Below, piece by piece: positions 48,738 through 60,000 of a stretch of 60,000 nt of DNA. The stretch comes from Callorhinchus milii (Eukaryota). The DNA is taken from contig NW_024704743.1 of NCBI RefSeq assembly GCF_018977255.1, forward strand, positions 97,404,001 through 97,464,000, written 5' to 3'. The position numbers and the translations under genes were made by a program. Within the stretch, counting starts at the first letter, position 1, and each line of letters starts with the position of its first letter. The notes under the pieces are model-generated. The model ran no database searches. It worked only from the letters and a program-made list of their open reading frames with translations, and was not told the origin of the DNA.

Positions 48738-51659
48738 TCTAGTAGCTAGAAATAGTGTACAGGAAAGACATTTAGGGAAGGTAGAGGTTACTTTATTTAT
48801 TCCATCCGTTAGTGACTACTTGTTATTAATTACTGCCCAGAGCAGAGTTGGAGAAATCGTCCTCTTAAAACTTGTGTGCTATTAACAATACCTTTAAATA
48901 GTCCTCTAGTTGCAGACCTTGAAATAAAGAACTTGAGTGATTTATAGGAAAACCACAGAGAATTGTTTAGCTTCAATCAGTTTTTCAACTTTGATTTTTC
49001 TACATCTGAAAGGGGAAGAGAGCTACTGTAAAATGCAAACCGAGGCAAATACACACATATATGGAAGCTCTGGCTACCATTTTAAAGCGGGAAATCACAT
49101 TTGAGGGATGGAGGAAAGCCGAGAAAAGGTACTCATTACATTAATTATGAAAAATTCATATGGTTGTATTGAATCTCAATACAACACTTTTATACTCTTG
49201 GATACAAAAAGGCAAAAGAATAAAATATTTTTTTGCTAAGTATTGTGAATTTAGCAGAATAATGGGAAATTCTTTTGCTTCACAGAGGACTTGATCATAT
49301 GTACTTATTCTTCTCTTAAGCGTTAATTGAATTCAGATCTAGATTACGTTCAGTTGATGAACATAACAAGATGTGCTTTTGTTGGGAGACTGTTCCACAT
49401 GTCCAGAGCTCTGTGAGGGTTGAGAAATTTGTGAATCCTCTATGAACTCTCTCTAAAGCAGGGTGGTTCTACCTTTTGACTGATGAGAACCGGATTCCCT
49501 ATTTGAGAAATGTCCACGGGCCGCATAAGCAATATTTTGTGTTTTCCTTCGAGAAACATAGCACAACATTTATGGGTTATGGAGGGAGAGCATGGACCAG
49601 CTGAAGTGCAGTGGGGGTGTATAAATTGGCTCGTGGGCTGAAGCCTATTGGTGAGGATTTTCCCATTGTACTAAGTGCTTCTATTACTGTGGAACTCAGT
49701 GTTCACAGAAAGCTGAGAATTGCATATGTTATTGTAGATAACATGGATGGCATGACCTTTGCCAGTACATTGATCATATTATTAATCTTCAAATTTACAA
49801 TGCTTGTTGGGAAACTAGAAAGCATGAAATTAGAAAGGCCATGTATTCCTTTGTACGTACAATTTCCATTGGACGTGGTCCAATTAATAGCTACTTTAAT
49901 GTTTTGAAGGTGGTAGACAACTATGAGGAAGAGAAATCCTTAAATCTTTCCAATGTCTCTCATATTCCATTCAGTGCAAATTCCAGCACATCAGTTTAAC
50001 ATTAGATAAAGTTAGTCAACCACAATTGGCTCTATTCCCTAATTTCAAAACTATAGATTTAGGTGCCTTACACAAATTATATCATAACATATAAATTATA
50101 TTATGATATGATTGAAGGGAAGGTTAACATTTCAGCTGCACATTTTATTAGCTGTTTAGAATCCAGTCTATTAAAAGATCTTTTTGTTCTTCTTAAAATA
50201 GTGATACATTCTTACAAAACTTCAGTTCCCTTAAGTAATGTGTCTGCACTTCATTCAAGAAGTGGGTACATCTGTTACCCAGAGAGGGATATAATCTCAA
50301 GCATCTGATTATCACAGACAAGGATGGATAGTGTGTGTGTGCCTGAGAGAATAAGGGGAGCTGTGTTCATGTATATTTGTATGTATGGCTTGGAAGAAGG
50401 AACAGTAAAATCAATGGGTGAATTTTTTCGGTTCCAATTTACTTACTGGAAGTTCTTGAGGATATTTTTAAATGAAAAATTAGTGTGGTGTCGGAACTAA
50501 TCTTTTCCTGCATTGAATGAAAATCAAGAAATAAAAATATTAGACTTACCCAATTTAGTTATGCCAAATAAGGAATTGAGCTGAGATGACCCAAACTCCT
50601 TGCAGCCAACAAGTGGAAGAGAGACTTGATCCTATCTGTCTGGGATGGATTCAACCCAACTTTCAGACAAAGTCTACTTTCCATCTCCCCCTCACGCTCC
50701 ATCCTTATTTAAAAAAGAGTCACTAACCTGATCAAATTTGTTTTTCAATTGTTGAAGATTTGATGTGTAATAGTTCAATATTTTGTAAAATATATGACTA
50801 ATTCTTTCAGGATGATACAAATCAGGTACAGAACATAGAAATTATTGTTCGGGATATCAAGCCCACATACTATAATTTTTCCTCTAATCCCATCCTCACA
50901 GCTTCCCACCATCTTCTTTGTTATTTTTATTCCCCATGTATTCATGTAATTCTCTTCTAAATCCATCAACTGATTTTCCATCTGTGGCATATTATATTGA
51001 CGACTATTTTGGAAATAAACTAATGGATGCCATGAAACCAGTTGCAAGATACAGGGCAACCTCTTTACAGTGTGGTCATCTGGCTCCATTATCTCAGTGA
51101 CCATGTTATAAGAGCAGCACACAAAATGGCTGACGTCCAGGTTGTCAGATGACTGCTGATGTCACATGCTATATGCTGTGCATGCGAGCTACATGCAAGA
51201 AGTACTGGTGAGGATACTTTCTTTGTGAAGCGACATTAGCAGCTCTCCCTGAACATAATAATAATCCTTAAATTTAGCATCGCGCCTTTAACGCCAGGAG
51301 ATGTGCAGGCAGGAAGTGATATCAGACCTGATGACCTGGAGGTTGGCTTTTTTTTTAGCATTGGAAGATGCTAGTTAGTGGTGGAAGCTGAGTAATCATC
51401 GCTTGCATCTACAGGAGCTAAAATTGAAGCCACACTATACTGAGGGGTAGGAGCTTTATAATGGAGGTTGTCCTGTATGATAATGTTAATGAATGCTATA
51501 GTATTATCAAAAAAACACCATAGCTGACATATATCACATTTTAATGCCTTCATGGAGCTCAGATGAGGTTAGTTCTTTATTATATGTATTACATTATAGT
51601 AATCCTTGCATTTGATATAGCACTTGATCATGTCGTTGAGAATTCCCAAAGTACTTCAC

Positions 51660-52390
51660 AGTATTTTCGAAATGGTGAGAAACTAAGAACTGTGGAGGAG
51701 CAAAGGGATTTGGGTATCCACGTGCACAAATCACTAAAAACAAGCTCACAGATACAAAAAAGTTATCAAAAAGGCTAATGGGATGCTGACCTTTATTTCA
51801 AGGGGGCTGGAATATAAAGGAGTGGAAATAATGCTTCAGCTGTATAGAGTCTTGGTCAGACTCCATTTGGATACTGCATTCAATTTTTGAATGCAGGAAG
51901 GGGGTGCAACACCGATTCACCAGAATGATACCAGGGCTTTCTTTTTGAAGAGCCAACACATACACGATGGGCCGAATGGCCTCCTTCTGTGCTGTATAAT
52001 TCTATGATTCTTAAAGGGATAAATTTATGAGGACAGGTTACATAAACTTGGTCTCTATTCCCTTGAGTTTAGAAGGTTGAGGGGTGATCTGATTAAGGTA
52101 TTTATAAAATAATAAAGGGATTTGATTGAGTAGATACAGAGAAACTATTTTCACTGGTGGGGAATCCATAACAAGGAAGCATTATCTTAAAATTAGAGCT
52201 AGGCCATTTAGGAGTGAAATCAGGAGGTAGTTTTGCACTCAAATGGTAGTGGGAATCTGGAACTCTCTGCCCCAAAAGGCTGTGGATGCTGGATCCATTC
52301 ATATTTTCAATACTAAAATGGATAGATATTTGTTAGGTCAGGGTATTAAGGGATATGGGGCAAGGTTGTGTAATTGGACTTGAGGTACCA
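51660..52390 (+). mobile_element. CR1 LINE 3' region (with a second CR1 3'-end fragment at ~51945-52010)
   Basis: Encodes LRTVEEQRDLGIHVHKSLK and, in the nucleotide sequence, the CR1 C-terminal motifs (aggttgaggggtgatctgatt, ggaatctggaactctctgccccaaaaggctgtggatgc). Confidence 0.88.
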
Positions 52391-52409
52391 TAATAATCCT
52401 AATAACCAT

Positions 52410-52745
52410 AATAATCCTTGTATTTGATTTGGCACCTTATCATTTTGAGATGTTTCAAAGTGCTTCACAGAATAAACTGTAAAGTGAATTGACTATGTAT
52501 TTTGTGGGCAAAACATGCCAGCTAATTATGTACAGCAGTGTCTCGTAAACTGTCATGGATTGGGTGACCAAATTGTTATTATAATTTTTTTTGAAGGGAT
52601 TATTACCCCCGGAAAGCGATCTGTCAATCGACTAACAACCGGGTTCCTACTTATTGCTTTGTAAACAGAGATGTGTGGAGTAAGGAAACTTGCCCAACAT
52701 TTCATCCTGCCCGTGAATCAAACCCAGGTCTTCTTGTTTGCGATA
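52410..52745 (-). mobile_element. tRNA-headed SINE, longer-body variant
   Basis: Tail, Deu segment, the extra segment ccccggaaagcgatctgtcaatcgactaacaaccggg, and gtgtggagtaaggaaacttgcccaa. Confidence 0.85.
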
Positions 52746-53074
52746 TTCTCTACCAAATGTATTAATTTGAAGAGCTGTTGCAGGTCCACATAGCCTCCGT
52801 TGTGAAGAATCATTGAAGAGTTCAATAGGATTGATGGAACTAAAGAAGTTTAGAAGTGGCTTTCTGTTATTTATTTCCTGAGAAAGCAAGGAAATGAGCA
52901 AAGCACAGTTATGTTCAATTTAATAATCTTTCATTAATAGTTCATTGTATCTGGAATGAAATAAACTGAAAATGTTACTGAACACACTGTCAGGTTCCTT
53001 ATTCTCCCTGGTGTGTGAATGGAGAGAGAAAATATATGGTACAGGTGCAATAAGACCACAATCTAATACTGTAT

Positions 53075-53313
53075 ACAAAAACAGAGGTCGCTGGGAACAC
53101 TCAGCAGGTCAGGCAGCATCTATGGAGAAAGGAAAGTGAGTCAGTCAATGTTTCGGGCCCATGACCCTTGAGTTCTGACGAAGGGTTGTGGATCTGAAAC
53201 ATTGACTCACTTTCCTTTCTCCATAGATGCTGCCTGACCAGCTGAGTGTTCCCAGCGAGTTCTGTTTTTGTTTTCAGATTTCCAGCAATTGCAGTATTTT
53301 GCATTTTGTTTAT
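53075..53313 (+). mobile_element. Penelope-like pseudo-LTR, inverted (hairpin) arrangement with ~40-bp tail
   Basis: Arms 53075-53169 and 53181-53271 are reverse complements. Perfect 14-bp TSD ATCTAATACTGTAT (53061-53074, 53314-53327). Same unit as 46716 and 46917. Confidence 0.8.
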
Positions 53314-55279
53314 ATCTAATACTGTATTGAGTTGCGATAACACTGGGACCAGCAGGTGGATTGCAGTGTGGTTTTTGTTGGTCCTATGTTTCTTAAGCTT
53401 CGTTTTAGGAATTCAGTGCAAGTACATCTCAATGTGAATGACCTAGCATTTATAGTAGTACTGCCATTGATTCAAGACCAATGCTAAAAATAATGAATGC
53501 TTCACATTAAGATTGTACAGTAAATATTTCCAAATGTTAAGGTTCCTGAGCCAAAATAAATAATATAAATATTTGTTGTGAATCACTGTACAAAGGAGTA
53601 TCAATAAATGTATTCACAGTAGAATTTTGATCTAGGCATAAGAATATAATGCATCAAATTGCTTCTCATTCACTGTCATTATATTGAATTACCCCTCTAA
53701 GTGTAACACTTTAATAGCCTTGATCGAAGCAGAGAAACCTTTCCTAATTCTGCGCTTTTCATTGCTCAGCACACTAGAGAGTCACTGCTTGTCGGTCATC
53801 TCTCGTACCCTGGCAACGAATTCTAAAATTCAACTTTGTGTAATGAAGTGCTTCGATTTAGTTGCATTTACAGCCTGAGTGGTTAAATGGAGTGAGGTAA
53901 AATATTACAAACTGAGCATTCTCTCTCTCTCAATAATTTCTGGAAAACCCTGACCCAAGCATAAATTATATTTGACAAACTATCAGAGGTAACGGTATTT
54001 CCAATATTGAAACAAGCTGTACTATTTCAGTACCGGTACAAGCTTTCTGTCTGCAGCATCTGGGCAACTCATTCTCCAGTCATTTGAAATATTTTAGTTT
54101 TAATGATAATCCTTGCATTTGATAAAGTGCCAATAACGTCAAAATTTCTTAAAGCGCTTCACAGTAGTCTTTCATCCACTAGACAAAGTCTGCTGATGGA
54201 CATGGTTGGAGGATTCTTTTGAGCCTGTGCTCATGATGCACAGGTCCAGTGTCCTACCACGGACCCATGAGGGTACCACTGGGGTCTCGAGTGAGCATTA
54301 GGTGAAGTTGGCGGCTGACTCAACAAGGCCACAGTAGAAATCCATTTGCATGGAGGATGGAAGATTGGGAGGGGTTGTGTGGGGGGAGACTTTAGCACTG
54401 AGTTAAGGCCTCCCACCACAAAGCTGCTTCGGGGGAGGGGGCAGATAACAGTGATGATCTTACAGATCAGTGTTCCAGAGTGCAGTTGGGGTGTCTATCC
54501 AGATGAACGGGACCATGATGTACAAGGTGACATGCCTGGCCAAAGAAGGTCGGAATCGAGCCCACCCTCTTTGGCGGTCTTGGTAATCCAGTTCCTGTGT
54601 CAGGCAGGTCTACAATATTCTAGGGCACTGTTGTGTTTTATTAATTGTGTCTAGGACAAGGGACAAGTCCTGTCACCGTTCGACTAGATCATGGATTGCA
54701 TCGAGATTCAGGAACAGAGGGAGTCAGAATACACAAATCAATTTTAAATCTTTATTCTTTCTTTATATAATTCTCAAGCATGCATGCACATTCAAGTATT
54801 AGATTCTTTACTAAACTTTGTAAATATAAAACATATATTTTTTATATGTCTCTTCTTGACGTTTTCCTGAGAGAAAGTGAGTGCTCGGCTTTACTAGCAT
54901 GCAATCAATCGCCTCCTCCTCGCTTATTTTTACCCTTGTTGTTTGCTACCATAATGTCCTTGGTTATACAATTCATTGCCTTACTTGTAATCATTTAACA
55001 CATACGAGAAAGCTTAGTATTGTATAAGCATTTTTTTCTTTAAATCACAAGTTATTGTTTTGCACCTTGTATGACTTCAAGGTCTTAATACTGACACATG
55101 GTTTTGGCTCTTCATTTAATTTCAAACCAACAAGCAATTTCACACATAACACTAGACTCAACAATAGCACCTGTAATTGTCACAACAGTTCCCTCTCCCC
55201 CCGATATCCTTGTTATTCATTGGGATGTCAATTTAAATTATGTGACAAATTCTGCCTGCAACCGTGTTCCTAATCAAAT

Positions 55280-55785
55280 TAATTACCTTGCTGCCGAATT
55301 GCACACAGCAATTTCCCACAAACAGTCAGGAGGTGAATGACGAAGTTATATGCTTTAAGACAAACTTATTCGGGTAAGATTTATGGTATTCCATACCGCA
55401 TGCCTTGTATTGATTGATCCCATAGAACCACAAAACACTTTCTTCATCCTGCTAACTTCTTTAAACTTAACGTCAGGGATACAAATTATCATCTTTGATC
55501 TGTCAAACAAATTCCCTCCTCTTCGAACAGTGCCATGAGATTTCTAACATCCAGCTGAACAGGCAACGGGACCTCGGTTTTAACATTTCACCCACAAAAT
55601 ATATTGTCAATTCACTTTATAGTATATTCTGTGAAGCGATTTGTGACGTCTCAATGACGTGATAAGGTGCTATATCAAATGCAAGGATTATTATTAATAT
55701 GTTACCCAAAGGACAGCACCTTCAACAATGCAGCACTCTGCGCAGCATTGTATTGAAGTGACAGCTTAGACAGTGAGCTCAAATT
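55280..55785 (-). mobile_element. Old Deu-SINE with a + strand SINE-tail insertion (~55594-55700)
   Basis: cttcgaacagtgccatgagatttctaacatccagctgaacaggc...ggacagcaccttcaacaatgcagcactc. The insert is flanked by ACCCA on both sides. Confidence 0.7.
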
Positions 55786-55984
55786 ACTGACTGATGTGTA
55801 ATAAAAAAATTAAAACAATTTTTTCATGTTTGGATTCTTTCATGTGCAGGTGGCAACTCCTCGGAACTGAAATGGTGCTGATTGTCTCCTTGCATGGTTG
55901 GAGCATTGTCTCCTTAATTGGTTGAGGTTATTTTATAATCAACTTGTAAGGAAGACCTTACATAAGAAAATTCCGCTGATCAGA

Positions 55985-56270
55985 GAATCAGTGACTAGAA
56001 GGTATCACTATTAAGATAGTTAGCAAGGGAGCAATGGGGATGGGTAGTTTTTTTTTTACATCGAGAATTGTTGGGATGTGGAAAACGCTGCCAGGTATGG
56101 TGGTCAAGGCAGCATCCATGTTAGCATACAAGAGGGAACTAGATAAGTATCTTGGAAGGGTATGGAAAAAGACAAGTAAATGGGACTGAATTGATTGCTC
56201 TTTATAAGAACTAGCACAGACACCATGAGCCAAATGACCATCTTCTGTGCTGTGAATTTCTCTGATTCTA
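55985..56270 (+). mobile_element. CR1 3' fragment
   Basis: gactagaagg...gttgggatgtggaaaacgctgccagg...ctagataagtatcttg...tctgtgctgtgaatttctctgattcta. Confidence 0.8.
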
Positions 56271-58999
56271 AAAAAACCATGGGCAAAGCTGACAGGTATT
56301 TAGGTACAGTTCCAGCTTTCTGTTACCTTTGCTTGGCCCAGTGATCAGCCTAAGAAAGAAGTGAAATGTTTTGAACATGTGCATTAGATGGATCGCATGT
56401 TATGTGCAGTTACTTTTTTACAGTGAATCTTTCTGCTGTTTTTGCATAGAGAGTGTAATCAATTGTGACATGTGCCAGTTCAAAAGGTATTTACTGTGAC
56501 ACTTTGGCTATTTAAATTTGCTTTCTACAGGGCAGTGTGAAAAACATAGGGAAGCAGATTAACGCAGCCTGACAGCACCTTGTAAAACAAATGGTTCTGG
56601 AGTGAGCTGTTTTCCTGCAAATTTTAGTCAGAATAATTGCCACAATAGCTGCTTTCTTTCAAGATAATATTAATAAACTACTGTGCAGGCGATGAACAGA
56701 GCTCCCCCTAAGGAGGATAGTCACTAGTCGATCATCTGACATCTGTCAAGAATGGATTTGAGCCCTCATTAGGTGAATGAATGGCATGTAACAGAAACTC
56801 CCTGCGAGCTTCCTGGTACCTGCCATCTACCCTGTGAAGGCTCAAACCCACGCATGTCTTCATGTCAAATGACCAACTCCTTGGGATAAAGAGATGTAGC
56901 TAAAGAGCTGGAGCACCTGAGTTCAATGTGAATGAGTGCGGCATTTGGGACATTTGAGGGAGAAGGAGAAACATCTCACGTATCTAGCCATAAACAAAGT
57001 TCAACAAGGTTCTCCGAGGGGAACATGGCTGAATTGGAAAATAAGCTGATTGACAGGAGCCCCAGGAGGAGCAGAAAGCACTGTCAAAGTTCAACTGAAA
57101 GCTATACAGTGCGGAGACAGCCCAGGTTTCAAGGGTGGACAAGGTGGCTACTTAGATTTTTGAAGAGTGGCTGGGAGTAGGTACAAGTGCAAGTATGGGT
57201 CAAGTATTGCCATCTGAATATCAAGAGAGACTGGCTGGCTTCCAGGACTGTGTGCGAGGAAGCATGAAATCTGTCAGACTCCAGAACATTGGAAACAAGG
57301 GAATGGTTCATTTCAGCTTTAATGTGTCAATATAATAAACAGAACCATTAACCAGCGAAGAGAACTTCAGCCTCACAGTTGTGGTGTTGTATGGATAATA
57401 GTGATCAATGGAACCTGTTTTTTTTATAGAAATTGCGTCTTGTGAAAAATTATTCTCTTTTAGTTTCATGTACGGTGCAAAAGGTTGAATGACAGCATTC
57501 TTAATGGTGAAATTGGTCAAAGAAACCTAGTACAATGGAAGGCTGTTTAATCATCAAGCTCTCTCGCACAGGACCCTGTATGCCCACAATGATGGTCAGT
57601 GTCACAAAATCAATTTTGATAAAGGCCCTTTGGCCCATCAACAATGACAACAACAACAAATTGTATTATATAGTGCCTTTCATGTCAGGAGGACATCCTG
57701 AGGCGCTGAACAACCGAGAGTATGCACCTGAGCTGGGGGTGAAATCTTCATCTGATCTCATCCTTTCAGAATACCTACCCAACCATCACAATATAAAGCT
57801 GCACTTTAAATATGTCCAGTGTTCTGGCCTTAACCTCATTTCCTGGTGACTTATTCCAGTTGTTAATTATCCTCTGGATAAAGAAAAACTTCCTGGAATT
57901 GCCCTTTGCAACTCTAACCCTGTTCTACTCTCTTGGTAAATCCTAAAGCATTGTTCCGGGTTTTACTTTTCCAATCCTATTTAAAATGGTGAATGACTAT
58001 AAAGTCCCCTCGGAAGCATCTCCTTTCAAATAAAATATCCTAATAAAAGAATTAGCATTTTTATCAGCATTGAAATGTCTCTAAGCTCTTTACAGTAATT
58101 ACAATCAAGTTTAGTGTATGTTGATGTTGGCAAATTTGGAAGCCATTTTGTTACCAGTAAGGTCTCACAAACAGGAATGGGGTGACTGATTTAATTGTAT
58201 GCAGGGATTTTTGGTCAGAATACTGGGAGACAATGGGAAAGCTGCACATTTTGCCTCATAGAAACACACGAACAAGGGAACATACACTTTGGCATCTGCT
58301 CCTGACGTGAAAGGAGCTATATAAATGCCAATTATATTGTAATATTCATGACGCAAAAGGCTTTGCCTATCCTATTTCTTAACTAAGTTCTTTATTAAAT
58401 AGATATCTAATTCCCCCTTGAATATGCTGACATGGTTTGTCTCTCCACAAATCACTATTTTCTATCAGTAAAATAATTAATAATCCTGGCCAACAATATC
58501 CCTGCGAAATGGTCATTCACTTTATGGCTATTTGTAGTGCATTGCTGTGCATAAATTGGCTGCTGTGTTTACTTGCAAATACACAGTCACTCCACTCCAC
58601 AGCAATTATCTATGAAGCATTTTAAGATGTTTTGCTGTTATAGGTGCTATATCAAATGTAAGGATTATAAATCTAACCTGTCTGTTTGTTTTATCTCTTC
58701 TGAATTTGAGTCCCTGCTTCCTTGTTGTAGCACTAACTGTGATACCTGGAAGACAAATAAAACTGCTAGATTTAGCAGTCAATAGTTTATTCAAGGCTGC
58801 CTTGAACCACCTAGAGACTGATGATGTCCATATCTTCACTGTATGAGGCAGAATGAGTAATATCACTGTGGCTGGTGGTTGTCATTAGGTGTTCGTGCTT
58901 CTCAGTTTCTAGAATCAGCAGTTTGTGTCAAAGAATTCAAAAAGGGTGGAGTCATACGGAAACCCTCAAAGATATATCTGCTACTAGTTGAACCATAAA

Positions 59000-59690
59000 A
59001 GACAAACCGAAACTTGGTTTTATATCCAGAGACATAGAATACAAAAGCAAGGAGGTAACGTTGAACTTCGGCTAGGTCACAGTTGCAGCATTGTGTACAG
59101 TTTGGGGTACTCCATTGTAGGAAAGATATGAAAGCAATGGGAAAGATGCATATTGCCATTTGTAAATATCCTGTACAGGTCATTGCAGCATTAGTAACAT
59201 CCTACGTTTATAGCTAAAAATAGCGATTCCATCTGCCTTTAAAAAGGAAAGAAGAGGAGGTTAGAGCTTTATTTCCCTGGAGATGAGACAATTGAGAAGG
59301 AACTTGATAGAGGTGTTTAAAATTATGAAGGCTTTCCATCAGATGAACATAAGTGAACCGTTTCCACATGTTGGTGAGTCCATAAAAGGGGGCATAAATT
59401 AACAGATAAAGATAAAGATAGCTACTAATAGATCTAAACAACTGAATCTCTTCACACTGATGGTGGTGAGAATGTGGAACACACCACCAGAAGCCATGAT
59501 TGTAGCAGAAAACATCAATGCATTTAACGATGAGATAAAGCGCTATATCAATACATACATGGGAGAGAATGGAATATGGAGGAGGCTTTGATGGGGATTA
59601 GGATGGGTGAAGGATCATCTAGAATCTAAACACTGATATGCACTAGTTGGGGCAAATGGCTTGTTTCTGTGACAAAGATTTTATGTAATA
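59000..59690 (+). mobile_element. CR1 3' region, decayed
   Basis: gctaggtcacagttgcagcattgtgtacagttt, aggaacttgatagaggtgtttaaaattatg, gtggtgagaatgtggaac. Confidence 0.75.
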
Positions 59691-60000
59691 ACTTGCATTT
59701 GATCTAGTGCCTGTATTGTGTGCCATGTGCATCCCATCAATATTTCAAATAGCTATTCATAAAATGAATGCCATGGGTGTTTAGGCACTCTTATAATAAA
59801 AATATAAAAATAATCCTTTGGTATAGAGCATTTCACATTGAGTGGACATCCTAAAGTGTTTCACATAGGAGTACGAACACTCTTGCTGGAAAGGCTTTGT
59901 GAAAGTGTCTTGACACATTGTGGGAGTCACAAGATATCAATACTGAAATCATATTTAGAAGAATGTGTCAGCCATAACACCTTAGAGGGACCAAAACCAG

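Larger units (their letters stand above)
23720..60000 (+). other. Intron 1 of KCNQ3 (runs off the window)
   Basis: Canonical GTGAGT donor. No S1-S2 exon (FLIVLGCLIL-like) was recognised downstream. Intron 1 of mammalian KCNQ3 is known to be very long. Confidence 0.7.

Noticed and set aside
54671..55247. Possible second solo LTR (TGTCAC...GTGACA, minus-strand AATAAA at ~54752)
   Set aside because: There is no convincing TSD and no second copy in the window, so it cannot be supported without a search.
56930..57310. Purine-rich stretch with an 82-aa ORF, possibly a decayed retroelement ORF1
   Set aside because: No diagnostic motif was recognised.

Overview
Vertebrate genomic DNA, most likely from a cartilaginous fish. 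This is inferred from the repeat landscape (Deu-domain SINEs, L2/CR1/RTE LINEs, Penelope-type pseudo-LTRs) and is not proven. The only host gene I can support is the first coding exon of a KCNQ (Kv7) potassium channel, best matching KCNQ3 (+ strand, ATG 23364, phase-2 donor after 23719). It lies in a CpG-rich, microsatellite-dense promoter region. The remaining ~36 kb appears to be intron 1, and exon 2 was not found. Everything else is transposon-derived or unique non-coding DNA: a decayed L2 ORF2 split by a solo LTR, many CR1/L2/RTE fragments, and at least three tRNA-derived SINE families that share the L2 3' stem-loop. The main unexplained structures are: (i) Penelope-like pLTR insertions with minimal hammerhead-ribozyme cores, in tandem (46711-47014) and inverted (53075-53313) arrangements with target-site duplications; (ii) a chimeric L2-tail insertion that captured an inverted 120-bp copy of unique DNA lying 1.7 kb downstream (119/120 identity); (iii) a strong-Kozak uORF overlapping the KCNQ3 start, plus a coding EP/GL repeat pair able to fold back; (iv) a SINE subfamily whose recognition-loop sequence matches that of the local L2. 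No prokaryotic-type systems are present.
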